A stretch of DNA of 64,000 nucleotides, taken from the human T2T-CHM13v2.0 reference genome, Homo sapiens. The number at the start of each line of letters is the position of its first letter. Positions within the stretch are counted from its first letter, which is position 1. The notes beneath the pieces are model-generated. The model searched no databases. It saw only the letters and a program-made list of their open reading frames with translations, and was not told where the DNA came from. The translations under genes and the position numbers were made by a program. Where the stretch lies: the NCBI RefSeq assembly GCF_009914755.1, contig NC_060925.1; one strand, 5' to 3'. Below, in pieces: positions 1-13,200 of the stretch.

Positions 1-405
1 TGTGCCACTTCTGAGATTAAGGTATAAAAAGACTGGCTTCCATCTTGGGTGTGATATCTCTTTCTTGAAAGGCTCACCCTTGGGGAAGCCAATTGCTATG
101 TCATAAAGGCACTCAGCCTATGGAGAAGCCCACATGGTGAGGTACTAAAGTACCCAGATAGCAGCCAGGAGGAACTGAGGTTTGCCAAAGCCATGTGAGT
201 GCATTTGGAAGAGGATCCTGCAGTGTCCAGTGACTATAGCCCTGACTGACAGCCTACTGCAACTTCACAAGAGACCTATGCCAAAACCACCCAGCTAAGC
301 TGTTCCCACATTCTTGACCCACAGAAATGGAGACATAATAAATATTTGCTGTTTCAAGATGCTAAATTCTAGAGTAACTTGTTAGGCAGCAATAGATAAT
401 AGACA
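1..405 (+). mobile_element. MLT1 (ERVL-MaLR) LTR, 3' part (MLT1E/F-like)
   Basis: Typical MLT1 3' end: cccagctaagctg..ttcttgacccacagaaa..aataaatatttgctgttt..gcagcaatagataat. Confidence 0.8.
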
Positions 406-768
406 TCTCCCTGAAGATAACTATATTTCTCCTAGTTGCTATGTAGACCTTAAGTAAGTTTGCATCTTATCTATTGATGCTGACTTTCAATGAGGACCAA
501 AGCCATAATCTCGGAGCCAAGATGTGGAGAATCTCAATCTATTTGGCCAGTTATTATGGATCTGTTGCTGGTAGAGGTAGATGCCAAGAGGCCCCAAAGA
601 GCCCTAGGTGGGTCTCTGAGGACAAAAATCTCCCAGAAGTTCATATTGTCAGTTTTGTTTCCCCATTCCTCCAGACAATGACTTGTCATGGGGATTGAGA
701 TGCTAATGCGAAGGAAGAAGGAAATGCTACTGGGAGGGGAATGTGGAATGTTACAATGGGGGAAGCAT

Positions 769-803
<35 letters not shown>

Positions 804-804
804 G
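769..804. repeat. (TTG)12 microsatellite
   Basis: Perfect trinucleotide run read directly. Confidence 0.97.
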
Positions 805-1084
805 ACACCTGAGCCTTTTTTATTTCCTTGACTTGATTGGTGAAGGCATGATAAAGTCAAGAAAATGCCCTACTATGGGTTTCTAAACCAGACAAGTTTC
901 AGCCTTTTCTCCAGTACTCCAGGGCCCAAACAGGTCCATAGTACTCTTAAGCTGGAGAAACAAGACATCGCTGTAGCAACAACAGCATGGTTGGCTGGTA
1001 TTAATCAGAGGGCTTGCTCAGGACTGGAACAGCCCTGGCACTGGTCTCCCTGTGCCAGCACCACCCTTTCCAGTGCACCCTCTG

Positions 1085-1420
1085 CCTGGATACCAAAATG
1101 GTCTTTCTAAAATGCAAATAGGAGCATACCACTTCCTCTGCATAAAACCCTTCAGCAGTGCTCTATTGTTTGCAGAGCAAGTCCAGCCCCCTTAGCCTAG
1201 ACCATCCCTGTCTCTGGTAGCTGGTGGCTGCCTATCTCTCCAGTCCCTTCCACAGGCCCCAGCCCCAGCTAGCACTCCATGGTTCCCAAGACACGACATG
1301 TTCTCCCACACCTCCACACTGGGCACATGTTCTGTTTTCTTCCTAGGATGCCAGCCCCCATCTTGGCCGTCTGGCTTACTCCTACTCAGCCTTCAAGACT
1401 TGGTTCAGATGCACCTCCTC
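1085..1420 (+). mobile_element. L2 LINE fragment
   Basis: L2-like motifs tctaaaatgcaaat..cacttcctctgc.taaaacccttc..tactcagccttcaagact. Confidence 0.6.
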
Positions 1421-2087
1421 TAAGAAGGAAAGGAGGAAACTGATGTTCATCCAGGACTTGGACTGGGCCAACCTTGGTGTTAATGTTGCTGTGTTTTATC
1501 TGATTTTATCAGCAATGTGAGGATATCACTGTGTTGATGAGACAGACAATAAAGAGGGAATGGATGTTGTGAATTATAGTAAGAACATGGCCATAGTATA
1601 GACATTTATTGAGTATAATTTTATGAGAATATATAGGTTTAGGAGATATCAATAGAGCTTTCCTGGAGGCAGCGGAGAAGTACTAAATGCATTTGGGTAG
1701 ATATGTGACTTGATGAAATTCCAGACATTCAGGGTTAGCTCTGCCTCAGTGTTTGATGGGTGGATCCAACAAGAGGAAAGGGCTAGGTGAGGGACACTGA
1801 GGAGGACCGTGTTCCCTGTGTTTCTTCTGTACCCTGAGGGGGTCAAATGAAAAGTCAGCTGACTTCCCTGGGTAGATGGACTGGGTCTCATAACCAGGTT
1901 CCACAGAGTATTGACTGTGAGACCTTGGGCCAATTATTTATCCACCTTGAGCCTCAGTTTCCTCACTTATAAGATGAGAATAATAATCTCTAGCTCACAA
2001 GACAAACAATAAGCAAGAGACTTTATATCCCTGCCACATGGCTTCACCTATAATAGCAGGTGCCATTTACTGAGTGACAAGCCGTGG

Positions 2088-2314
2088 AATGGGGTTCCTC
2101 AGCATCAACCCTACAGGTATGTTGAGCTGGAGAGCTCTTGGTTCTGCGGGTGCTGAGCTGTGCATTGTAGGATGCCCAGCAGCATCCCTTTCCTCTATCC
2201 TCTACATGCCAGTAACACCTCTCCCTCCAGTTATGACAATGAAAAACATCTTCAGACGTTACCAAGTGTCCCATGTCTCCTCAGAGGCAAAATATCCCCC
2301 AGTCAAGAACCACT
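2088..2314 (-). mobile_element. MER20 (hAT-Charlie) DNA transposon, near full length
   Basis: Reverse complement begins agtggttcttgactgggggatattttgcc and includes gggatgctgct..catcctacaatgcaca; ~225 bp. Confidence 0.8.
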
Positions 2315-4224
2315 CTCCTACAAGAATATTATACTTGATTCAAACTGGCCTCGTCATTAACTCTCCAAGCAAACCTTCAGTTTCCCAGACTTTATATATA
2401 TTTTCCTAACTCCTCCCCAAAGCCTCTCCAGATATCTCCAGACCACTGTGTCCTCACCCTCCTCTGAATTCACAGTTCACTGTCTGGACCCTCATCTGGT
2501 CATAAATCATTTGCTGCCTTGGTCAAGCAGGACCAAAAGCCACAACTCAGATCCATTCTGCCTGATGCCCAGCATCTGCTCTGCACTTCTGAGCCTCTGG
2601 GCCGTCCTGAGAAAATAGTGGTGTTGGCAAGATTTATTTTCAGTTCCCGACTCGTTAGCATCCTCCACACCCCCATTCCCTCCCCTAGGCTCAGATCTCC
2701 CATGGCCTAAAATCTCTTATCTAAGTAGTAGACTCATTATGCTTCAGGGTTAGGGATCAAATGTTCTGCCCTTGATGAGCTGGAAGAAGAGAACAGGAAT
2801 TACCTTTGAAAAGAGTATGTACATGACAAAGAAATACTCCTGAAAAGAAATGAAGCATTGATTCTGGAATATCAGGCGTTGGGGACAGAAGCCTTTCTGG
2901 TGTACCTCCCTATCTTCACAAATGGTGTCTTAATATGTCTTGGACATATTAAACTGCTCTTTTGTCTTTACAAAGCAGTAAGGGTGCCTCTGACTTACAG
3001 GAGACTCACAGAGGCCATCAGAACTGCACAGCCTGTGAGATCACCGAGTTAAACACCCTCACTATGAAGAAGAAGGGCAGAGGACCAGAAAGAACGAGTG
3101 ACTTGCCCCTGGCCACACAGCTAGAGAGTAGTCCAGGCAGGTAGCAGCCTCCTCTCACTACACTGGGCTGCCTGGGGCAATGGCCATGCAGGCTGGCACC
3201 TGGAAAGTAGCCAGTGGATTCCTGCCAGAGAAGTGAAGAAAAGCTGAAAAGTGATGAGATACAGATCTGAGATACAGGCGGCTTGGGCCAACTAAGATGT
3301 TGTCACCTTGATGGTCACAGGAGCAGCACTGAGTTCTTCTCCCCAGACAGGCTGCTCTGTGGGCTCTGGCAGTTTCTAAAGCCCCCTTCCTTGCCATGGG
3401 GCTGGAACCTAGGCCTGGGAGCAGGTAGGCAGCCTTCCAGGGCAGGCTAATGGCAGGATAGATAAATAGGGGCAGGCTCCTTCCTCAGGCAGGCTCCCTA
3501 CCCCTATCTATCTTGATCCCAGCACCCTACAAACACCTCCAGAAAGGCAGAGCCAGAGCCACCTACTCAGAATACCTGCTGAAGTTAGGGTTCCTGGGAA
3601 ACAGACTCAGAGGCTCTGAGATTCCCATACAGGAGCTTTACTGAGATTGCTCTCGGGAAGGCTTGTGAGAGGTACAAATGAAATAGGGTGGGGACAGACT
3701 CAACAGGGCCTTTCAACAATTCCACGAGGAGCTCTGGGCCAGGAGGGCCCTGCCTGGTTGTTTGAGGAGGCAAGGGGGCTGGCCCTGTGTCCTGAATCAA
3801 TAGGATACTGGATATGGCCTGCCATCAGGGAAGGTGTAACCCCAGTCAGGACTGAGTGCAAGTCCCAGGGAGGAACTCAGCTGTGTGCTCTCAGCTACCA
3901 ATGCTCCTGGGAACTGAGGACTCAATCCTGAAGATCTGAGCAGTGCATGCAGCATCTGTTATGCCAGCCAGGGTTGCTGAGAACAGAGCAGAGGCTCAAG
4001 ATCTGAGGTTTCAGACAAGAAGGCTGAGGACAAAGGACTTTCTTTTCTGTTAAATTCAGTTCATATTTTCTTACACTGACCACATGCCAAACTTTGGGCT
4101 GGTCTCTGAGAAATCAGACACTGTCCCTGCCATCCAGGAGCTCAACTGCTCTCCTGCAAGAATACTTTATTCAAACTGGCCAGTGGAGGAGAAAGATCAA
4201 GACTTGTGGTTATAAATTTGAATT

Positions 4225-4420
4225 CTAGAATCAGACAGAAGAAGCATTAAATCCAAGTCCTGCCACAGGTACGTATGTGACTTTGAGCTCTAGGATCTTT
4301 CATTTTCTCATCTGCAAAATCAGGACAATAATAGTATCAAACTCATAAGGATCTTGTAAGAATTAAATGAGACAATGCTTCAGGTCTATGTATATGACTT
4401 GATGCATAGTAAGTGTTCAA
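4225..4420 (+). mobile_element. MIR SINE
   Basis: MIR core ttttctcatctgcaaaat..ataatagta..aattaaatgaga..catagtaagtgttcaa. Confidence 0.75.
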
Positions 4421-6394
4421 AAGGATACTTACAGACACTGAGAGGTGACTTGGTCCAAATGCCTGACCTTACAGATGCAGAAAGTGAGGTCACTAGACAG
4501 TAAGCAACAGGAAAGCCACAACTTTGCCTCTTTCACAATTTGTATTCCCAGTGCCTGGCACACATGATGTTCTCAGTAAATACTTGTGAAATAGTATTTG
4601 TTGCCCTTTGGTTGAATGAGTGTATCCAGCTAGAACTGAGTGCCCAGGCTTTCCCCAATGTGTGCTCTGCTTTTTGAATCCACCACTGGCAGACCCCAGA
4701 AATTCCTCACCAGGTTTAGTTTCAGGCTTATTAGCAAATGCAAATTGAATTATGAAGTGCCCTTTTGCAACAAGGACAACAAAAACAGTTTCCCTAGGAA
4801 AGGAGGGCATGGAGAGGTGAAAGCTGGGATGAAAGTCTAAGACAATACATTCTAATCAAACTTGATAAATATGTAAATTAAAGCAGCTAAACAGTTGGCT
4901 TTGACAAATGACTTCTCCGTAATGGATTTTTCCACAGTAAAGGCAAGAGTTCAGCCTGCCTGCTAGTCACAATAAGAGCCCTCTCCTGCTTTCCTGGCAA
5001 TGCAGGCACATTGGGCAGGCACTGGGATGCTAAGAGGCAGAGTGGGAATGAATCCTTCTTTTAGTAGATGCCATTGGTTGAGCATCAGCTAGCTGCTAGG
5101 CATGGCCTTCATTGGCCCTGCAAGAGACATGGGAATCCCTGTCTCATGGATGAGGGAGCCAAGATAAAAGTCAGTAAAGGCTGGATTCACCAGACTCCAA
5201 AGCCTGATGTCACTCGAGGAGCCAACACAACCACTTGTCAAGGAACATAAATTCAGCCCCTCCAATGGTGTTATTGTCACCTGAGGGTCTCACCAACTCA
5301 AAGTCTTACAGCTGTGTTTCCCCTCCCAGGACCTGGCTCAGTGGAGGTGTTCAGAAAAGATCTGTTCCTTAACTTGCTATGCAGTTCCAGTGGGCCCCTT
5401 TCCTATGCCCGCTCTCAACCTGTTTTCCATCCTTAAAACGAGCTGTTGGAGTCATGCCAGCTGAAGGCCCAGACATCACAGAGTAGAAATGTGTGGTCAG
5501 ATTGCAGATTCTCTGGAAATACATGACAATTGTCATTTTAAGCCACTAAATTTGGGAGTGGAGGAGGTTGTTACGTATTAATAACTAAGAACAATTGTTA
5601 TGAAATTGATGATGATTCTAATGGGTTACAATACAACAGTCAAGTAAGAGGTGGCTGAAGAGGAACCGTTTTGAGCAGTTACTGTGTACCAGGCACTTTT
5701 CATACATCAGGATCCAAGTCTTGCCAGGCCCTTTGAGATTTGTATTGTGAGGCTCAGTACGTTGCCCGGGGCTGCCAGGCTAGTAAGACTCTGAGCTGGA
5801 ATTTGAACCTTCTCTATCTCAGGAGACTAGTCTTTCTTTTGACATTCCCAAGGGGAAATTTGATTCCCCAGCTATACTAAAGAGATGTTATTCTGTTTGT
5901 ACTTATGTGCAGGCACCTGCACACATCTGCGTCTGACTGAAACTCCTACAAATACCTGAGGTTTTGTACAAAGTTATTAGAGTTGAGGTGCAAACAGAAA
6001 TTCAAGTTAAATGGTTTGTAGCCTTGGAAGGACATTATTAATACAATTTCCCCAAGCAGAGAACTGATATATATGAGCACTCCAAGAGCTTCAGGAAAAG
6101 TTTCCTTGTAGGCCTGGGAGTAATGCGATCCTGACCCTGAGTGGAAGATCTGTCTTGCCCAATGCTGGAGGAACTCAGATTTGAAGAGTGTTCTTTCTTT
6201 CCTATTGAGATCTTCATTGAGTTGTATAAAAATACCACTTTCAATCTCAAATCCCCACTGGCATTTTTATATAAGCACCGAAAATGCTACTGGGCTTTGG
6301 AGATTTCACTTAATGAAGGAAAAGTATTTCTATTAAAGAGTGTAATTTTTTTCTCTCTCTCAACATGACATCTTCAGAGGAGCCAGAGAAGCTG

Positions 6395-6448
6395 AATTGT
6401 TCTGGGCTGAGAAAACAAACCAATTGTTCTGGGCTGAGAAAACAAACC
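6395..6448. repeat. Perfect 27-bp tandem duplication (aattgttctgggctgagaaaacaaacc x2)
   Basis: Copies at 6395-6421 and 6422-6448 are identical. Confidence 0.97.
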
Positions 6449-7339
6449 AACCCATGCCTTGCCCACGAGTTTGTTAAACAGACTATGGAATGGCGACAGC
6501 CAAGGAAGGCAAGGAAGGGTCAGTCATGAGGGAGAAATAAGAGTAATGATTCTGAACCAACTCCCATATGCCCAGGACTATACAGTTTATGAAGCATTCA
6601 GGTACTCAACAGGGAGATTATTTCTGTTGCCACTGCCCAAGCTCAACACCGCCCCCATTGCATGTTGTCTGAACAACCACAGAAGCCTCCTGCTGCTTCC
6701 TTCCTCCCCTGTAGCCCATTTTCTGGCGGATGGATCTCACTCCCGTACTCCCAGTCCTGCAGCGGCTTCCCCATACACTCGAAGTTAACCCAGGCGGCAC
6801 TCCCTAGCCCGCTTGTCCCCTGCCCACCTCCCACGCTCGCCTCTTACTGTTGTTTCACCTGCTCATCACACCTCCTCACACCTTTCTAGTTTCCTCACAC
6901 CTCTGTCCAGAGGACGCTCCTGGGTCCTCGGAGCTGGCTCCTTGGGAGCATTAGCTCCATGGCAAAGGGAACTTTGTCTTGTTAATGGCTGTGAATCCCT
7001 GCCATACATTCACGCTGGCCGCATATCTACCATGTCAATAAAATACAGCTATCGGTTATTGAGTGATGTCTGCTGGGGAGAATGAGGACCAGAGGAATAA
7101 GACTCAAGAGGTGGCTGGGATCAGCAAATTGTCCAAGGTCATATAGCTGGCAAGTGATGAGAGCAGAGTAGACCCAGGTCTGGTTAACGTTAAAGCTGGT
7201 GTTCCTTCTCCCTCACCCCAAGCCGTCGTTCACTCACAGAGAGGCCACAGAATGCTGTAGGTGGGCTGGGGGTGTTGGGCGCGTTGGGGCGGGGAGGGGG
7301 GGGATGGGTGGGTGAGCATGACCTTAGGTATGGCTGTGC

Positions 7340-7548
7340 CTGATTTAGAATTCTAGCTCTGCGACTTACTAGCTGTGTTGTCTTGGGAAAGTCACTCAAC
7401 CTGTGAGTGTCTCAGTCTCCTCATCTGTAAAATGGGAATAATAATATTCATCTTATTGGGTGGCTGTGAGGACTAGATGAATTAAAATAAAGTACTAATA
7501 ACGGTGCTTGTCACATGGTAAGTCCTCAATTAACTGTGGCTATTATTA
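7340..7548 (+). mobile_element. MIR SINE
   Basis: ctcagtctcctcatctgtaaaatgggaataata core and MIR 3' end. Confidence 0.85.
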
Positions 7549-9159
7549 GTCATTCTACATGTGTTTCTTGAGCTCCCAGTCACTCCCTCCCCCAGGAAGC
7601 CTGCTTCACCCCCAGGCAGTGAGTCACTCTCTGCTCTGTTCCCTCCCAGCCCCTTCTGCTATTATAGCAATTGCCCAGCAGTATAATAGTAATTTGCTTC
7701 TCTTTCTGTCCCGCTTTTCCCCTCTGGTGACTCTGAGCTTTTTGGGGGCAGAAGCCCTGTCTTATTCATATCTTCCTGGCACTCATTTTCTTTGTCTCAG
7801 ACAGAGAAGGGCATTTTGACATGGTTGTTTTGATGTAACGGTTTTGAAATGGCTGCATCTAAATGTAAAATTGGTTTGGAAAATTACTAGGTACTGTGTG
7901 AAACAGACCCCCCCGCCACACCCATCGCATGTTGGATCTTCAGTGTCCTTCACTCCCACCAATTCCTTACTGTTCCTGCCATCCTCATCCCCAGCCTTGA
8001 CCCAGAGCCCACCCTGAGCCCAATCTCTTCCCTCTCTCCCCTCCCTAGACCCCCTTGACAGAAGCGGAGCTCAAGGATGGGGGAAATTCTGGGATGAGAA
8101 GAACTAGCCTGAAATGTCTCCATGCCACATTATTTGCTAATGTTTTTTTAAGAAGTTGAAGGTGTGATGGTTTATTTTCTCAGCTGTGTCAAAATGTCCG
8201 CATATCAAAATAGGTGAGTCAGAGCAGCCTCATCAACGTGGCTGAAACAAAAGGACAATGTCAAAAAGATATGAAATCTGCATGGGAAGCCACCTGGCAT
8301 GCAATAGTCCTCAATAATGGATTTTAAAACATCCATCATTGTAAGTGGATTAACAAGCAATCAGCTACACTTAACACCAACTCTCCTGTAGCAATTACTT
8401 TTTGTTCCAGTGAGGAGGATTCTACCACCATAAAAATCAGAGGAGTTAAGGATGCTGTCTGATATCACACAGCAGTCACAGAACAGTGACCATTAGAGCT
8501 GAGTATGGTCTAATTAATGTCACCATTTACAACCAAGACTCTAAGACAAAAAGTGATTTGACCAAGGTCTCACAGTGAACTGGATTTTTACATGTTAGAT
8601 CAGAAACATTTGAGCAGTTCTTATATAACTTCTCCACCCTGTGCCCTAAATTCTAGGCCATGCCATCACCAGCGAATGGAATCTTTCTTGAATAAAATAA
8701 ATTATAAAAATTTAATTCACAGGATATGTTTCCAGAGGGTGTTTTTATAGAATGCCATTATGTGCTCCTCGAAAAAACTCCTAGGATAAACCTGGATTCT
8801 TTCTACAAATTCTACCTCAGGTTATACCTGGGGTACATGGAAGTAGAGCTGGACAGACCTGGGTTTGAAGCTGTATGGCCTAGGTAAGTGGCTCCGCCAT
8901 GGTTTCATCAGAAACTAGGTAAGGAGAGATGTATAAATCACAGTGCTCCACAAAGGTAGCTTTCAGTATTACTGATTTCAGAAACCTTCAGTCCTACCTT
9001 CCACCTTCTGGCAGAGCCATTCATTTAGAAAGGCTTGAGTGGGGGGTCTGAAGGTCTGAAGGTGCTGGCAGGTGCTGCAAGTGTGACCTGAGAACCCAGA
9101 GGTGAATGAGCATAATGGTAACAAACAGGGACTCAGGCACAAGCGCAGTGACTGCGCTG

Positions 9160-9340
9160 CTCTCTGAGTGTGTGAGCCCAGGCAAGTTACTTCACTTCTC
9201 TGTGCTTCACTCTTCTTGTCCATAGAATGTGGATCATAGCAGACTGTCTCACAGGAACGCCCTCAGGAGGAAATGAGGTTGTATTTGTAAAGCACGTAGA
9301 ATAGTGCCTGCCACATAGGAAATCTGATATAAATGTTTAC
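9160..9340 (+). mobile_element. MIR SINE
   Basis: ggcaagttacttcacttctctgtgcttca..gtaaagcac..atagtgcctg.cacatag. Confidence 0.7.
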
Positions 9341-10262
9341 TGACTAATAGAAATACCTGATTAAGAACACCCAGTCAGGTGCTCTGCGTCTGCAGAGGGG
9401 AATGCTCATCTTGGGCCCTCCCTGGTGAACCATCCTGCAGAAACAGGCTCCTGTGGACAGTTCCTTCACGCTTTCCCCTAGGTATGTGAGGCTAATACAC
9501 TGGCAAGAAACACGGTTTATTTTCTGTTTCTTAACCCTGGCTGCTTATTAGAACCATGCAGCAGCTTTGTAAAAATACTGATGCCCAGAACACCCCACTG
9601 ACTGCCCCCACCAAGATTCTAGTTCAGTGTTCTGGGGAAGAACTCCAGCAAACTGTTCTTCTAATTTGCATTGTGGCTGCAAATTGTGCAGCCACAAGGA
9701 GAAGAGGACCAGTGGTCTAGTGTGAGCTTGGCCCAGGCTCTCTGCTCCCTGGGTCTCGGTTTCACCATCTGTCATAAGAAGGGGCGGAGCTAGGTGGTCT
9801 CTCAGTCCCCTCCAGTTCTAAAACACTTAAGCTCAAGAGGATCAGAAGCCCCAGTAAGTGGCTGGGGCTGGCTCTGATAACACCACTTTGGTCAGAACAA
9901 CAGGCAAGGGTGTGGGGTGAGTAGACAAGAGAACATGCCTACATCAAGCAAATAATTTTTCTCAGACACAGTCTTTTCCTTGGAACAGGACAAGAAGTAC
10001 CAATATAATAGACGTGCAGTGTCTCAGGGAACTCACAAAGCTTCCTGCAAGTAGATTGGATTTGTAAGAAAACGTAAGCTGCATGCATGAGGAGAAGGAG
10101 AAAGACATTTTTCAAAGGATGAAGGAAGAGGATTAACATATTCGCCACCACAGCAAAGAAGGGGTCCAAATACATGCATGTCAGGGTACAGATCCAGGCT
10201 CCTAGGAGGGTAGGAGAAGGGAAAGGAAGGGAAATCTCGGTGGTTGAGCACCTGCTCTGTGC

Positions 10263-10281
10263 CAGGCGCCAGGGGGCGCAT
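10263..10281 (+). promoter_or_regulatory. Candidate CTCF motif, forward (caggcgccagggggcgcat)
   Basis: Matches the CTCF core CCAGGGGGCGC, with two retained CpGs. Confidence 0.5.
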
Positions 10282-13200
10282 TACTTATATAAGCTCATTG
10301 GATCCTGCCAGCCTTGCAGAACGGCTGGCACTCTGATCTCTGTCCTGCAGGCAGGTTAAAGAGCTGTGCCACTGGCCCCAGTCCACATGATGAGCAGCTG
10401 CGACGTCAGTCTAACTCCAAAACCCTGCGCTCTTCCCTGACAGCTTGATGCCTCACTTATCCAGAGCTTCCTGTCCTTGTAACGTCACACACCCAGATCA
10501 CAGCAAAGAGCCAGAAGGAAGCAGAAAAGCCCCTAGAACAGTGCAAGCCAGACACACAGGGACCACAGTCAGGGTCCTGTCAAGCCTCAGGAGAGGCCTC
10601 CCAACTTTTTGGGGACACTAGGGTGATGGGGAGATACCTCCGGATTTCTGGAAAGAAGGGGCAAAGCTCATTGTTAGAGAGCTGGTCCACAAACACAGAG
10701 GGATGCAGAATGGGAACTGGTAGGCTACTAGGAGACGGGGGCCCTCCCAGGACACAGTTTCTGACTGCCTGACACTACGAACACGTCATCGAAAGGAAGC
10801 AGGTGTCAGTTGGCTGTGCTGCCGAAGTACCTCGGGAGCTCTGATGGGGCAGTGACAAGCCCAGCCTGTCTGTCAGGGACAGGGCAGCCTGACAGCGCTA
10901 GGATGGTCAGGCCTTCTCAGCACAGCCAGCACCACGGTGGGGTAACTGCACAGCTGCTGGCCACAGCCAGGGGACCTGCCCTCACCCATCCCGCCGCCCC
11001 CGCCCTTCTGCCCCACCTTTGCTCTCTCCAGTTGCCTTGTGGATGTCACTCAGCTTCCCCTCAGCTCTTGATTTGAGAGAAGGGCCAGGGATCATGCTTA
11101 GGACCAAACTGGCTCCACAGCACCCCTCTCTTTACTTAAGGGACTGAGGGGGAGAACAACACCTGTCAGAAAAATCCCAGTCCCTTCCACTCACACACAT
11201 CTTGAGAATTTCCCCGGAACCCATGCCCTCTCTTTGCTCAAGGTCAGAGCCCTGACCACAGCCCACAGTGGACTGAGCTGACCCGGGCCAGATTGGGATC
11301 TTAGCTGTCTCCCTCCACACATGCCCTCTTTTGGCACATAGTAGGTACCCCATATGTGAATGTTGAAGTGGATGGAGAAGCCCAGCCTGCTCACTTTAAA
11401 GCCATGCCTTCAAATAGCACCCAGTGACTAGCTCTTGCGTTTTAATGGTGCAAATGTGGCAATAACAAAGGTGGTAAATGTCTATTTGTCTTCCCATCTT
11501 CTAGCAAGGCCATTCTCCAGTTCCTGAGTTCCCCATGGTGTCCTTTCAAAGCCCTTCTCTTTAATGCCAAGTGGAGGAGTTCCAGACAGCAATTTGCATT
11601 TTCAATTCTAGAAATCATTAATATTTTAAAGCTGCCAGCACCATGGTTTATTAACACACATTTCCTACCTGCTACTGTTAAAGGGAAACTTTCTGTTTGA
11701 GAAAATTTGAACATGGGGTGATTTCCCAACTTTGGTTCAAACTCTGCTCTCAACCCCTGCTCTTAGGACCACATGGTCTAGTGTGGGAGATGGATATGCA
11801 AGTTGACAGTGGAATTCTGAGTGCTCACTGAGTTGATTGAGGGAAGCACGGGGTACTGGGGAGCCCAGAGGGAACCCCCTGGCTCAGCCTGAAGGGTGGG
11901 CACAGGGTTCTTAGAGGAGGGCTTCTGATTTTAGGGTAACATTTGTACAGATTGTGGAAAGAATGTAAGAGAATCAGAAGGCCTGTGCATAGACACTGGC
12001 TTTTGCAACTACTTTGAGTTGTCTTGGCAATAGATTGAGGTTAAGATCAAGGGTCTCTGAGTCAGACAGGCCTGGGTTCAAATTCCAGCTCTGACACCAC
12101 TGGCTGTGCAGCAATAATCATGGCTAATATTATTTGAGCTGTTACTGGGGTGTCAGAGAGAAGGCTGCCTGACAGGCCTAGGACGATGAAGCCTGCTCAG
12201 TACAACCAGGGCCACAGTGGGGGTGATCTCAATGGGTGACCACAGCCGTGGGAACCTGCCTTATCTATCCTCTCCACCTCTCCCTCCCAGCCCACCTCTG
12301 CACTCATCAGTGTGGGTGATTTCTTTTAATTCTCACAACCACCCTGTGGGGTCATTCTTGTCACCCTCATTTCACAGAGCAAGAGACTGATAATCAGACT
12401 CACTTGCTCCAGGTCACATGGCTAGCCAGTGGATAAGCCAGGATTTGATCTCCAAGCACTGAGTTCTTCTGCTCCTTATTCCAGAGGTGGTTGTGACATT
12501 AAGTGGCACATCTACATTAGCACGGCACTGGCACAGGTCATGCAGTCAGCAATGGTAGCTACTATGTTGCTTTTATCACCTTCTAAAGCCCAATTTGTTA
12601 GTCGCTTTTCCAATAAGCCCACCCTGATCTCTGCGGCCAGAGGCCGCCGTGTGTCCCAGCTCACGGTGCTTAGTAACTGCTGTCCTCTGTGTGCTATACC
12701 TCTCCTGTGCCATGGCCACCTCCCCTGGGGAGAGACTGCATCCTCTCCCTTTATGTTCACTCCTGGCAACCACCACACTTCTTGGCACATTGTAAGGCTG
12801 CAGTCAGTGTTTGCTAAATGGAATTGAGAGAAAACACTGTCAGCCAGATCAATTCCCAGAAGAAATGTTTTCCAAAGGTCTTTAGTCTGGGCACATCAAT
12901 ATAAAAATGACGCAGCTATAATTTGCTTTCAGATTCAGACTGGGAAGATGAACTTTAACCCTGTCAAAAAATGAGAACAAATTAAATTGAAGCACAAAGT
13001 CGTTTCCCTTGTTCCAGGGCTCTGGATTTCTAATTAATGTGCAGCACAATTCTGAAGGCTGCAAGGGGATCAGTAAGATCGTGTCCGTTACCTTGCAAAC
13101 TGAGTAGAGCTCAAGATAGAGCTTTTTGTTTGCTTATTTGTTTTCCTTTCCTGGGATGTATTGTGCTTCTTGTGGTACAGGTTCATAGATGAGAGCAATC

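Noticed and set aside
9143-9157. Short palindrome gcgcagt-g-actgcgc
   Set aside because: 7-bp arms occur by chance in 64 kb.
10891-10945. REST/RE1-like half sites (gacagcgc; cagcaccacgg)
   Set aside because: Halves are in reversed order and the left half is not followed by ACAG; too weak to call.
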